A DNA stretch of 64,000 nucleotides, from contig AP026143.1 of assembly GCA_030295235.1 (NCBI GenBank), positions 310,001-374,000 on the forward strand, given 5' to 3'. This document shows, in pieces, positions 49,582-62,572 of the stretch; positions within the stretch are counted from its first letter, which is position 1; each line of letters opens with the position of its first letter. This DNA is from Fistulifera solaris (taxonomy: Eukaryota). The notes beneath the pieces are model-generated. The model had not been told where the DNA came from. It made no database searches and was given only the letters and a program-made list of their open reading frames with translations. Made by a program: the position numbers and the translations under genes.

Positions 49582-50151
49582 TAGTGTTCGACACCGTATT
49601 AATACCAAAAACAGAAAACCGTACTATACTGTACTAAACCGGTTTTTGGTTTTTATGATTTTGAAAAAAACGGTTTTTTTCGTTAGACGTCTGTACGCCG
49701 TAGACCCTTAAGTTTCCGGTGGATATCTTTTTTAGCCTAGCACGCCTTTTTCCAAGCAATGGACTATCAGAGCGCAGCAGATCAATAACCAATCACCAGT
49801 CTTGATTAAATGTTGAGTTTTATATTCCTTGCACAGTTTCGTTACGCCAGTAAATAGACATGAATTTTGAGAGAACTTAATGTTTTATTTTCGCTAAGCT
49901 TCAAGTAAGCCAAGAATGTTTTAACCTGGTCAATCAATTGATCACATTGGAAATAATCTCATTGCATAAAAGATCAAATTGGGAAGCTTTTCTTCTTGAA
50001 AAGCTTCCTGTAGCTGTAGCTACAGGGACGTAATGACGGTGTTTTGAATAATACGGAATAAAACCATAAAATACGATAAAACCGGTTTAATACGGTTTAA
50101 AACCGTTTTGGTTTTTTTCAATTTCAATAAAACGGTATTTTTCGAACACTA
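49582..50151. mobile_element. Non-autonomous hAT-like DNA transposon (MITE), 570 bp
   Basis: TIRs TAGTGTTCGA (49582) and TCGAACACTA (ending 50151). Perfect 8-bp TSD CTTGGAGT at 49574-49581 and 50152-50159. Subterminal AAACCG/AAACGG-type repeats. AT-rich, with no long ORF. Confidence 0.9.
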
Positions 50152-51028
50152 CTTGGAGTCAATCGTTCCCTTCGCGCTGCGTGACGCACTTGTCGCTATC
50201 TGATTTTGAGTGGCTGTCATTGCAGGCACGCCGGCACGCCGGCACGCGTCTTTCATGACGTCATTTTTATGGAAGCGACTATAGAACAAGCAGTTGTCGC
50301 AACTGGGCGATCTTCATTACCTGATGACCTGGAAGAGTTTCCGTTCTTATGATGTGGCAGGAACTGGTTCCGTGCGAAAGAGATTCGAAGATTCCAATTC
50401 TGTTGTGTTGTCGTGTTACTCATCCGCACCGGTGCTAAAATCGGACCGAGAAAAGTCTTCCCTGTGCAGAGCTACGTGACTTTGGTAGGAATTGGAGTCC
50501 CGGTCTCGCGCCGGACCCACCGAATGCGCGGACCTTAAAAATTCATTCCACACGACGTGTGCATTTCGTTTTCACACAAAATTCACTGCAGGAATCGTTC
50601 GAACCGAACCGATTCATATTCTTTCCTTCAAATACTTTGCAATAAAAAGTTCCCGATCGATCCTCTTGCTTCAAGAGGACGTTGAACCGTTGAAAACGTT
50701 CCCTCACACCAACTTCCGGCAATCTCTCGTGAAAGGTACGATCGGAGGGCCACATCACTCTATTTTCTCGAATGACTGTCTTTGGCCGACGTGTGCGGTG
50801 GATGAAAGCAGCGATGAGCTGTTGTAGATTCGTAGCAGAATGTGTTGTGTTGCTGTGGTTTGTATCTACACGAGCGAAAGCTTTTTGATAAAAAAGAATT
50901 TTAGTTTCTCCGTTCTTTGACGACAAATTTATCCGCTTTCCTCTGACTTTTTGTTTTCTTTCTGCAACACAGGAGGAACCAGGGCCTGTAATTGCGCCAA
51001 TAGTAGTCCACTTGAAATTTGAAGAATC

Positions 51029-52234
51029 ATGAAATTGAATAGCAACAGTTTGACGCAAGTGGAAGTTCCTTCTCTTCGCCCACTCGATAGCAGCAGTGAT
51101 GATGAAAGTTCGCGCTCGAGCAACCCCGAGTCGTTGAGTTACGAATCGGAAACCTCGAAATGGTGTGCACCAATCGAGCCGCATGTCGGATACAAGAAAG
51201 TTCTCGTGACCGGCGGTGCTGGCTTCATTGGATCGCATGTCGCGGAATACCTATTGCAACGTGGAGACGATGTTGTGATCATTGACGAGATGAACGACTA
51301 TTACGATGTTCGTATTAAGGAGTTGAACTTGGCCAACCTTCGGCTCAAGTTCAAGGACGAAAAGCGGTTGAAGATCTACCGTGGCGACATCTGCGACGAG
51401 AATTTGATGCTTCAAATTTTCGAAGACGAACGCCCCGAATGGGTCTGTCATATGGCTGCCAGGGCCGGTGTGCGTCCTTCGATTCAGGACCCGTATGTTT
51501 ACATCCATAGTAACATCAAAGGAACCACTCATTTGATGGAACTTTCGGCTCGATTTGGTGTCAAGAACTTTGTCTTTGCCAGCAGTTCGTCAGTGTACGG
51601 AGGATCCAAGTCGACGTTCTTTTCGGAGGATGAGGTGGTCGATAACCCGGTTTCTCCGTACGCTGCCAGTAAAAAGGCCTGCGAGCTTCTCGCCTACACG
51701 TACCATCATCTGTATCAGCTGAACGTCACCGGCTTGCGGTTCTTTACGGTGTATGGGCCGCGGGGACGTCCGGACATGGCACCCTTTAAATTCATTGATC
51801 GAATCAGTCGAGGCGTCGAAATTCAGCAATTTGGAGACGGTAGCAGCAGCCGCGATTACACGTTTATTTCCGACATTGTAGATGGCGTTGTGCGTGCCAT
51901 CGATCGGCCCTATCCCTACCAGATTTTCAACCTGGGTAAGGGCAGCGGTACGTCGTTGAAAGACTTCATTGACATGGTTCAAAAGTACACGGAGAAAGAA
52001 GCGATTATTCGTGTCATGCCGGATCAGCCGGGTGATGTTCCTTATACGTGTTGCTCTCCGTACAAGGCGGAACATCTTCTTGGTTACAAGAGCAAGGTGA
52101 CCTTCGAAGAAGGCATTCGCCGCACCGTGTCGTGGTACAAGGATGCGTACGACAAGCATGACATTGAAGTTTGCCCGGAAACACAGGCAAACGGCCTAGG
52201 CCGCGCTCCGTCGATGGTCGAGCTTCGTAACTGA
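51029..52234 (+). CDS. UDP-glucuronate 4-epimerase (NAD-dependent extended SDR)
   Basis: VTGGAGFIGSH, HMAARAGVRPS, ASSSSVYG, YAASK, LRFFTVYGPRGRPDMA and RDYTFISDIV. Confidence 0.9.
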   Translation: MKLNSNSLTQVEVPSLRPLDSSSDDESSRSSNPESLSYESETSKWCAPIEPHVGYKKVLVTGGAGFIGSHVAEYLLQRGDDVVIIDEMNDYYDVRIKELNLANLRLKFKDEKRLKIYRGDICDENLMLQIFEDERPEWVCHMAARAGVRPSIQDPYVYIHSNIKGTTHLMELSARFGVKNFVFASSSSVYGGSKSTFFSEDEVVDNPVSPYAASKKACELLAYTYHHLYQLNVTGLRFFTVYGPRGRPDMAPFKFIDRISRGVEIQQFGDGSSSRDYTFISDIVDGVVRAIDRPYPYQIFNLGKGSGTSLKDFIDMVQKYTEKEAIIRVMPDQPGDVPYTCCSPYKAEHLLGYKSKVTFEEGIRRTVSWYKDAYDKHDIEVCPETQANGLGRAPSMVELRN

Positions 52235-52608
52235 ACAAAGAGTCCCACAAGTACATAAGTATCCGTCTTTGACATAAGTCTATCAAATTGACATTCTAGG
52301 TTTCCCTGTTTCTTTTTAATTCGTGATTGATCTTCATAGCCTCTCCGACTCCGACCTGTCCTTGAATCGTGGCTAACGAGCAATTTCATGGTTGGTAACT
52401 GATTTATCAAATAGTCTAGGCGACGAATGCGTAAGGTTTGAAGAGCAGTCGTTTGTAAACAAAGCCAAAAGTATCCAAGGAAGGCAACCAAAGCCGAGTT
52501 TTGTTGCTAGAAGCGTGATATATATAGCTGTTGTCCCATCTATATTTTGTAAAATATTTATAAAAACTACGGACTAATAAACTATACAAGTGATACGACT
52601 GCAATCGC

Positions 52609-53148
52609 CTAATTCTTTTCAGCTCCTCCGTCTAGGCTGACGACACTCGATTTAGATTGCGCAGCATCATCTTTGAGTTCAGGAATAGCTTGCTTTGCAG
52701 ATTGTAGAACTCCCGCAGATGACTTGTCAGGAACCACCCAACCAGCTACGACAACATGCGGGCCCGATTCAACGGGTTGCAAGTAGCGACGGGCCAGCTT
52801 TCGTGGACGAACCGTGTGATTTCGTACGTCCAGTCCTTCTCGAAGCGCTTGACTCGTCTTTTCTGTGGCTTTCTTATCCGAAACTTCCACCCATTTCTGT
52901 TGAGAATCTTGCTTCAAGAAGCGCCCGCCGTTTGCCTTGACAATTGCCACAATTTTTCTAGCAAATAAGACTTTATCTTTCTTCCGCGCGGCAAGATACT
53001 CGGCCTGATGGAAAGACACTATCGTGCGGTACCGTTTGTTCCCTTCATGGTTGTTCGTAGCTCCACCACGTCCCATTAGCACGTCGTTTACAGCAATGCG
53101 GGTCGCGCATTCAGGCATCTCTGGTGCATTCATTTCGAAGAGTTGCAT
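52609..53148 (-). CDS. Short DUF6824-domain protein
   Basis: DVLMGRGGATNNHEGNKRYR..GGRFLK..KATEKTSQALRE. Confidence 0.8.
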   Translation of the reverse strand: MQLFEMNAPEMPECATRIAVNDVLMGRGGATNNHEGNKRYRTIVSFHQAEYLAARKKDKVLFARKIVAIVKANGGRFLKQDSQQKWVEVSDKKATEKTSQALREGLDVRNHTVRPRKLARRYLQPVESGPHVVVAGWVVPDKSSAGVLQSAKQAIPELKDDAAQSKSSVVSLDGGAEKN

Positions 53149-53792
53149 TCAAGGGATAAAAGCTTTTAATAAATGTCTAGTAGTTGTTGTAATCAATGAT
53201 GATTGAATGAAGTTGTACAATGTTCCGAGATTGTCGCGACCCTTTGTCACGATTGCCTTCATTGAATTCTCCAACCACTTTTCCCAATCGCGCAAACACC
53301 GCAGTTCCACGACCTAAACAAAAACAGTGAAATGTCGTCGCCCCTACACTTTAGCGCTATAGATTGAAAACCACGAACAGCGGAACACCATCGAACAAAA
53401 AGTAAAGAGTCGTCGTGCATGCGCGAACAACGCAAAGCGCAAACATGCAAATGCGGGACTGGAAAAAGGGAAACAAAGTTTTACGCCGCATGCCGTTTCC
53501 CTATGTTCTGCGTTGATTTACAATGCTGTCCTAAAATTACCTCTATCTAAGGTTAAACTGGAACAATGCAATTTACTGAGGTACCCGGTAGGGTACAATT
53601 GCAAATCAAGAGTAATCTGCCTTATTTTAAAATGAACACGAAACGATTTCCTTTGACCGCGGACTTCGGGATAACTATTGCCTAGACCCATCACGACTAA
53701 TACCGACCACATCCCTCATCATGCCAATCGTTGCTTTACTGTTGGACATTGCGTCTCAGGATAAGAACAAGTCATTCGGGTGCGTTGCCTCT

Positions 53793-54850
53793 CTAAACTA
53801 CCATAAGTCCAGATATATCACCATCGTTCACGTTCATTCGATTGCTGCCGGATATTATTCGATTTTCATCCGTTTCTATTCTGTCGTAGCCTGATGTTTT
53901 TGTCACTTTCTCTGTTTCGATCGCAAACAGGACGACTCCAGTCACGACTGTTACGAGGGCTAGTGACTTTTGTAGAGTAAAGCACATCTCCTCGCCACCA
54001 ACTCTTCCACAGAATAAGATATGAGTGAATACAAACACGATCACAGCTTGAAGTCCTTTCATTACCCCCGCACTGGTCGCGCCCCCGGGGTAATGCTTGA
54101 GTGTGTGATAGAACGCCAAGGAATGCACAAGATTCGCAAAACCGAAACCCGACATTATAATCGTAGCCGTCCACCAAGTCGTCCCCGCTTCCTTCATTGG
54201 TTCAATCAAAACTTGCTGCCAGCGAGGAAAGGTGTAAATAAGCTGCCATACACCTAGAGCAGCGGCTGCCAAGAAGGATTGAATGGCTGTATTCTGTCGC
54301 ACAGATAATTGGTCTTTATCATGTGTCATGATTGCTTCTGAGAACACGTACGACCCAGCATGCATCGCTGATCCTAGGACAACTAGAAACGCGCCAGTCT
54401 TTACGTCGCCCCCATTTGAGCAGAATGCAGAGTAGTCAATGCTAGTCCTCCGAAAACAATCCACACAGCAAGCCATTGCATCCAGTTCAAAGTTCTCCCC
54501 AAAATAAATCGGCTACAAACGGCCACCCATATTGTCACGGAGCTATAAATCACGGCGAATACGGTCGATCCTGCCAGTCCGGCACCGGTGTAATTCAATG
54601 CTTGGGCTATGATATCGAAAAAGGCTATTCCACAAGCCTTCAAAACTGCCATCTTGGCAGGAATGGGCTCCGATCCGATGGTCAGGACCACAAGCGCTGG
54701 TCCTAAATAGTAGAAAAACATGTAGAACTGAGCTACCGGATCGGCAAGTCCTGCTTGTTTGCATACGGTCATAATAAGAGGCTGGCAGACTCCTGAGAGT
54801 AGGTAGAGGAAAGCCGAAAAATGGGCATTGCTCGATGACATGAACGACAT
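53793..54850 (-). CDS. Drug/metabolite (EamA/SLC35-like) transporter; apparent frameshift near 54430-54470
   Basis: About 10 hydrophobic helices across ORFs 54401..54850 and 53793..54476. AGSTVFAVIYSSVTIW..ILGRTLNWMQW and GATSAGVMKGLQAV. Confidence 0.75.
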
Positions 54851-55250
54851 TTTTCGACGAAGTCTGAGAGCCGAATCGAGGCGCAGCCGCCTGGAGTCCT
54901 TTGTGCAAAGTAAAGACTGAATTTTGGTTCTGTTTTGGGTGTTCTCGTAAGGCTTTAAGAAGACATAAACGTCAACGTCGGCGGCGTTAGCAACTCGAGA
55001 TTCTGGAAAAAATGCGGCGGAGATTCGAAAAACGCGCTTGCGCTGGTGGTCAAGGTCGTACCGGTACCGTACCGCGTCTCCGAATGAGGCAAGCGATATA
55101 AGCGGGAAAAAGGAAAACTAGGGTCAAAACTCTAGACCTAGGGGTGAGGAAAGCTACGAGTTTACTAACACGCTTGAAATAAGTATCAAAATTGTTTCTA
55201 TGTTTACAAGATGCGAAATCCTGAATCAACATCGTTCCATCCGTGCTTGC

Positions 55251-57718
55251 TCAAAAATGTGTCGACAGGTGTATCCTTTTGGCTTCGACGGGCGACTTTG
55301 CATTTGATCTAGCCCTTCCCCACAACGAGAAACCAGAATCAACCTTGTTCCACCCTTTCCGTTGGAACAAGTCATCTTCGTCAATGGATGAAACTGTGCG
55401 ATCCAGTCCTTTGATGCGGTTGTCTCTGAGAAGGTCAGCGAAGACGTTTTGAACGGCCCGCTTTCGACGCCCCAGCTGGTCCGTATCCCACGTGAGCAGT
55501 TCTGCATCTTGGAGCACTCTTGTAATAAACACGGCTTCATTCTGACTCAAGCTTCCTGATGGTGCATGTCGTAGCATCGCCTTTAGAATAATATCGATTA
55601 AAGTCTTGTCGGGTAGAATTTTCTCCTGTTCTCTCATTTCCAGGTATAGCTTCGTCGCCTTTGGTAAGGTTTTCTTCGATTTCATTAGTGACGAGATAAG
55701 TGTTGAGTATGTTATGACGTCCGGGGCTATACGATAAATCGAGCGTTTTTGGTGAAAGTGAAAGTCAAACACCTGCAACGCTGTCGATTCACAGATGCAT
55801 TTGCAACTAACAGCAAGGAATGCATTGAGAGCCACCAAGTCAGGCTTCTCAAGTCTTCGAAGAGCATCTAAAGCTGCACCTATATCTCCCGTGGAGCCGC
55901 ATGCGCGAATTACAGCTGTTGTAACCTTCGGACTGGCGACCGGAATGATTTTGTCATTCTCAAGCTTGTCGACCAGCACTAACGCCTCGGACACTCGCGG
56001 CGGTTGGCATCTTCCCATCGCTTCGACCAGAGTGGCAATCGTAGCTGTGTTTGGGCGAATTCCGCTTTTCATCAAAGTCCGAAGAATAGAGCATCCTTGA
56101 TCAACTTTTAAGTCTAGATCATCTGGGTCTTCTGATGCTTCACTGGAAGCTATTATTGCAGAAATAAAGGCGCTACAGGTAATTGATGTGGGACGTAAAC
56201 CCGAGGAAATCATCAACGCGAGAGTTCGCTTCGCCTGATCGATCCTGCCATGCCGAGCGAGCGCTGCAATGAAGCATGTGTAGGTAAATTCATTCGGTTG
56301 GACAGAACGTTCTTTCATGCATTCAAAGAGACGAGCAGCTTTGTCAAGCTGTCCATCTTTACCATAAGCATCCAGAAGCTCAGTGTAAGCTTCAACGTTT
56401 GGATGCTGGGGGTAATCCTTGTCATTTGTTTTGAAGGTGCGCTCCATCAGGATGTCTTCTGCCATGTCGAGATTCTTCGCGACGACGGCAGCATGAACAA
56501 GAGTATTCGTGGTCACTGAATCCCATTTCCTTTGCTGCTTCATTTTAGCAGCCAGCTGAAGTGCAGAATCCGTATCACCGATATTGGCAAGGCCTTTCAT
56601 CATGATGTTGTAAGTCCGTAAGTTGGCACGGGGGCTTGGATAAGCAACAAATACCGACGGCTGAACGGTCGTATCTGGTTTCATCTGCTCGAAAATAACA
56701 CGTGCTTTATCCAACGCATTGCAGTTAATGTAAGCATCTATGAGACTGTTCAAGAGAATAGTATCCGGTACAATACCGTTTTTCTCCGCGCTCCGAACAA
56801 GCCAGTCGATATGATTAACATCGCCAATTCTTCCGTAACCCTTCAACAGAATGGAATAAGTAACTTTTGAAAGTTGAGGAGCAGTTGGCGTCCGTTCTTG
56901 TAATGCGACAATACGATGAGCCATATCCATCTTTCCAGCGTTGGAAAATGCGTTTAACACCATGTTGAAATCTTTTTCTGACAAAGCCAAAGAGCGAGAA
57001 CTTGTATGCCTTCTAACTCCGACACCCGTCAGCAGTCGTTGTAATATTCGAAAAGAAAGATCCAAGCTGCGAAGTTCCTCGCCATTCCCATCTCCGCTAT
57101 TCATTTGCGCTTCGCTGAGTTGAGTTATAGCCCGCAATGCTGCCAACAAAGTGCTCTCAGGAACGGCGTTGTAAGGCGGAACGAGAGCTGTCGACTGCAA
57201 TTGCAAGTAGATGGCCTTTGAACCCAAAACAATCCGACGTTGCGTGTTCTTATCTTGTAGCGTTCCATCCGAACCTCCCGTGTAAAAGGCCTTTCGAGCG
57301 AATGTTTGAATAGCAGCATCTACGTATTCCGAAATCGCTATCCTTTCGTTGTCTCGAATTTGTATTTGATCAAAAATCGCATCATCTCTTGCAGAGTTGG
57401 GTATGCCTCCAGCACATTTTGTTGCTGTAGCTGTCCGGTCAGACGTGTTCCGAGCTTTTGTATCCGCGAAAAGTTCGCAGAAACAAACGGTGGATCTTGA
57501 AATGCTTCCTCGGCGGTGGTTATCGTTTTCGAAACACCTCTTTTCGTGTGCCTATTGTTGATTTGACTTGAAGTGTAATCTATAAAAATGAACTTGGGAC
57601 TTTTGCGAAATATTTCAGCTTTCATCAATGAGTTTCCTGGCGTCAACTGCACTGAAGCTAAAAGATAAACCATAACAACAGATTGGAGGAGGCGACTTCT
57701 CTTGAGACCGGTCGCCAT
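55251..57718 (-). CDS. Pentatricopeptide-repeat (PPR) protein, probably organelle-targeted; apparent frameshift(s) between 57230 and 57340
   Basis: Repeated PPR motifs, e.g. VTYSILLKGYGRIGD, TYNIMMKGLA, AYTELLDAYGKDGQLDKA and PNEFTYTCFIAALARHG. The upstream ORF has a hydrophobic leader. Confidence 0.8.
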
Positions 57719-58585
57719 GGAAAATCGTTTGTCCGTTCTAGGTCGAATGTAAGTCGCAGCTTTCAGTGCTTTGCTAGTATTACGCTCGTTCATTCTGATT
57801 GAATTAAGATCTTTCTTTGTTAATCTAATACAGAGATAAAGATTTGTTTCTTCAATCATTTACCTTTTCAAGGCAACAATGAACGAAAGTAAGTTGCAGT
57901 AAAAAGAAGACGACGGTGCGTCGAAAAAGGCTGACGCAATAATATTCATGAAGTTTTCGATTAGGCTTAATCAGTACCGTAAAGAGCCTATGCGACAGGA
58001 CTAACGACTGAAGAGGACGACTAAGGACTCAAGGCGAACTCTAAGGCTATAAAGAAACATTGCCTTCTCCCATCTTACTCCACACCGATGATCAAATTGA
58101 AAAACAACAGGACGACTTAGAACTATAGACAGTGAAGCGTTCAGTGAGTGGTCGTCTAAGGAAATTTGATTAAACGAAAGTATGAAAAGGAAGACTGATG
58201 TTTTCGTAGACGAGGAGGTTGGGAAACGCAAACAACTATTGTGCAACTAAACGTAAAAGAAGAAGTAATAGAAGACCGAAGAAGCATCCGCTGGAGAATG
58301 GCGGCTTGCTTCTGGATGTTGAAATGAAGTCGCCGTTGACTCATTTTGGTGGCATGCAAGATGCAAGCCGCACCAACAACTAACGGTACTGTACAAGGCC
58401 AAGGTACCGGCGCGTTGCAGCATTGATAGAGATACACTAGTAATACGGAGTAATAGTCTACGGCGCATCGTGTTGATCGTTGACTAGACTAAAAGTATTT
58501 ATTACAAAAAGTCGGCTTTAAAGTGATTAAAAAGATCTACGACTACTCAGTCTTCTCTCTCACCACCAGATGTGCTTTGTTTGTT

Positions 58586-58611
58586 TGGGTGGAGATTATA
58601 ATCTCCGGTTT
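58586..58611 (-). promoter_or_regulatory. Histone 3' stem-loop-like element (H4 copy 1)
   Basis: Minus strand AAACC-GGAGAT-TATA-ATCTCC-ACCCA. Confidence 0.7.
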
Positions 58612-58661
58612 GCACAGTCAGTAAACTGCAACGGCATCAAAGCCAAGCATCCTCAAGACGC

Positions 58662-59037
<376 letters not shown>

Positions 59038-59423
59038 TTATGAACGAAGCTGCGGAGCAATTCGCTGCTGCTGATCGTCCGGCCGAGCCAAAGGTTTTAC
59101 AGGGCTTTTTGTACGGCATGTAGAGAGCCGTACAAAATGTACAGCGACCCTCAGTGGCGCACGCCTGTCGTTCGTCAGTTCGTCACCGTATCTTTTCTAC
59201 GACAGAACTGTACTAGTCGAACTGCGCCACTTTTCTACGTGGCTGCTGGTAGAAAAAGCTGTACGTAGAAATCTGGTAGCAAGTTTCCTGTAGCACCGGA
59301 GGTGCGCTTTTGCACCTCGACAACGCTCAACAGCAATCACACGGCGCTGTTTCTCCCCCTCTTCATTTCAGAACTTCTCACAATTCAAACGACCTTCAAG
59401 TCGAAACGTTTTTGCAATCCTAA

Positions 59424-59840
<417 letters not shown>

Positions 59841-59872
59841 ACAATGAACAGTGACAGCCGACTAGTACGGCA

Positions 59873-59898
59873 AAACCGGAGGTTCTTACCTCCACCCA
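59873..59898 (+). promoter_or_regulatory. Histone 3' stem-loop-like element (H3)
   Basis: AAACC-GGAGGT-TCTT-ACCTCC-ACCCA, with the stem starting 38 nt after the stop codon. Confidence 0.7.
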
Positions 59899-60877
59899 AC
59901 CCACAGAGCTCTCTTGCGAACGATGATGCGTTGTTCTATTTTGCGGTGAGACTTGTTGTAGACAATAAAAAGTAAATATCTTGGTATTGTATTCACCTTT
60001 TCGTACTAAACAAATAATTTGCTGGCCTATTGTCATACTTCCAGCAAGATTGATACCTTAGCAAAGAACTTTTTTCGCCACATTGAAACCAGCCGTACCC
60101 TTCCAGATACCCCTCGACTACTCCTTTGAAATCTACAGCACGGAACAACAGCAACGTAAGATCATGCAACCTATGAACCGTCAAGTTTTTATCTTCATAG
60201 ATCGACGGAAAACGTTGTAATTTGTAATTCGTTGTCACCCATCTGAAGCATTACGTAAGCAATACTAAATCTCGTTAGCGCGCTCTTAGATTTTTCATCG
60301 TGATGTCCCCTTGATATTCGGTCAAAAGCTTATTAAACGCTTTGTTGATCCTCTCTGTACGATAGTCAAATGTATAACGTATAGCCTTTTAAGTTTATCA
60401 ACAACATTCACAGATTTTCAAAGGAGCGGCAATGTGAATAAAGAGTAATGGACGATTCTAGGAGCCTAGAGAACAACAAGACTACGAAATATCCCGTGTA
60501 GACCTTTCTGAGTAGGAAGCATGACCTTACTACGTAGCTTTAAAGCACTCTACGAAGTGGTGACGCCATCAACACGAACGAAGGTCATCAGCAGTCACAT
60601 CAAAGTGCTTCTACTTTTTGCGTGACTGTAACTTCTACGCAAATTCGTACGAGGTTTACCTACGGAGTCCGCGCCACACAATTCGAACCGGTGGGGCGGC
60701 AAGACGATTATTGCTCAATGTCGTGTAGATCCCTGTAGCATTCGTACTGGTCGTGGAATCAGGTAGATATTCTACAGGCTCCTTCGCGAAAACTCGTCCG
60801 AAGACCGAAGACGATTGACAATGAAGCACACAAATCCGAGTCAACACCCTTTTGTTTCGTTTTGCAATACTTTCACC

Positions 60878-61234
60878 ATGGCCAAGACACCCTCTAAGCA
60901 ATCTGCCAAGGCGCCTAAGAAGGCCGCCGGCGCTAAGACCAAGAGCAAGAAGCGTACGGAGACTTACTCTTCTTACATCTACAAGGTGCTCAAACAGGTT
61001 CACCCCGACACTGGTATCTCCAAGAAGGGTATGTCGATCATGAACTCCTTCATCAACGATATCTTCGAGCGCATCGCTACCGAGGCTGGAAAGCTTTCTA
61101 CTTACAGCAAGAAGGCTACCCTCAGCAGCCGAGAAATCCAGACTGCCGTCCGACTCATGCTCCCCGGAGAATTGGCCAAGCACGCCGTTTCGGAAGGAAC
61201 CAAGGCTGTCACCAAATTCTCCAGCAGCGCTTAA
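60878..61234 (+). CDS. H2B: Histone H2B
   Basis: [55 protein letters not shown] at 60878. Confidence 0.98.
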   Translation: MAKTPSKQSAKAPKKAAGAKTKSKKRTETYSSYIYKVLKQVHPDTGISKKGMSIMNSFINDIFERIATEAGKLSTYSKKATLSSREIQTAVRLMLPGELAKHAVSEGTKAVTKFSSSA

Positions 61235-61453
61235 GTGTGCTGTTTTGTTCTTTCACGCTGGATAAGTTCTGTTTTGCTGGTTTCATTTCGGAAGGAATCG
61301 AGGAACGACACTAGCTGAACTTTGACCTTTGTGACTCATAGGAACTGTGTCTGCAACCGCGGGGCTTTAAGCTTTCAATAGTAGATCTGATTGAATATAA
61401 AAATTAACGACAAATAGATTAGTTGTTTACTTGACATAGTCTTCCTGATTTAT

Positions 61454-62572
61454 TTACAATAGTAGCTGAGGGAACTTGTCTTTAATCTTCTTTGTGGCTG
61501 CTTGAAGAACATTCAGTCGACCTTTCAAATAGCAATTCAATAACTCGTCATCCGCAACGAGATCCAGCCCGTTCATTACTTTATCTTTCGCAATCTCAAG
61601 CTCTCCTACAATCAAAGCAAATACTTCTTCCTCGTTGCGCGGTGACACGAAAAGCAACGGATTCTTCTCTTCGTCGGGTAGACTTTGCAAGACATCCGAT
61701 TCTACAGTGTTGGCGAGACTTTGTCGCAATTTTCCCAAACTGTCTTCGTCTATCGAACCATCGGACTTGATTGTTGCTGTAAGCGTCGGCTGACGAATCA
61801 TTCGTATTTGAAGTTCCTCGGTGTTGTGCGGGTTCTCTTCATCCACAAAGCCATAATTCATAAGAGTTTGAAGATTTGTCAAGTCACCGTAAGAAATAAA
61901 GATTTCATCACTGGGTTGACTGACAAGTCGTTCCAACCAGGATTTACTGATCCGTGGAAGCGTGTCTGCATCGATTTCCAACTTTAAGAAATCCAAACCA
62001 TCCTCTCCTGTAGCATCGACACACAGTTTGGTGGCCACGGACGAACGATGATTGATCATGTCCAAGACCGGCGTCAAGCTGTACCGTTGGTCCGGCAAGA
62101 AGTTACAACGAGAATCCACGCAGGCCAAGGCCCACGGATCCACCAATGGGGAATTCACGCGCGGATCGTCGGCTTGTAGCCGTCTCGACAAAGCACCACC
62201 GTCGGCCGCTTCCATGGGAGCCAGACGATCGGGGATCCAAAACCGAGGTAACGTTTTCTGAAACGACTCGAGGGGCGGTATTAGATCAATATAAGGGGCA
62301 AAGTCGGAATCGCTACCCAGATTCTTTTCGAATTCGAGTCGGTCGGCCAATTGTTCCGAACTGTCAGCGATCAAGCAAGAGCTCAGGGGCACTTGCAACA
62401 AATTCAATTGGCCGGCTTGCTTGACAGCAGAATTTAATACTGTGTAGCGATACCCAGCGTTGCTCTCTTTTACTTCGAGCGACGATTTTATTCCTTGCGC
62501 GGAACACCAAGAACGGAAAACATCCAGTTTCATGCTGATTGAATTCTCAAGCGGTTGCACTTTTTGCTTCAA
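61454..62572 (-). CDS. SET-domain protein, Rubisco LSMT-like methyltransferase; start uncertain
   Basis: LLQVPLSSCL, FAPYIDLIP, WALACVDSR, LTPVLDMINH and EIFISYG..N..TLMNYGFV. Confidence 0.8.
   Translation of the reverse strand: MKQKVQPLENSISMKLDVFRSWCSAQGIKSSLEVKESNAGYRYTVLNSAVKQAGQLNLLQVPLSSCLIADSSEQLADRLEFEKNLGSDSDFAPYIDLIPPLESFQKTLPRFWIPDRLAPMEAADGGALSRRLQADDPRVNSPLVDPWALACVDSRCNFLPDQRYSLTPVLDMINHRSSVATKLCVDATGEDGLDFLKLEIDADTLPRISKSWLERLVSQPSDEIFISYGDLTNLQTLMNYGFVDEENPHNTEELQIRMIRQPTLTATIKSDGSIDEDSLGKLRQSLANTVESDVLQSLPDEEKNPLLFVSPRNEEEVFALIVGELEIAKDKVMNGLDLVADDELLNCYLKGRLNVLQAATKKIKDKFPQLLL

Noticed and set aside
50225..50247. (GGCACGCC)x3 micro-repeat
   Set aside because: It is too short to interpret and probably reflects slippage.
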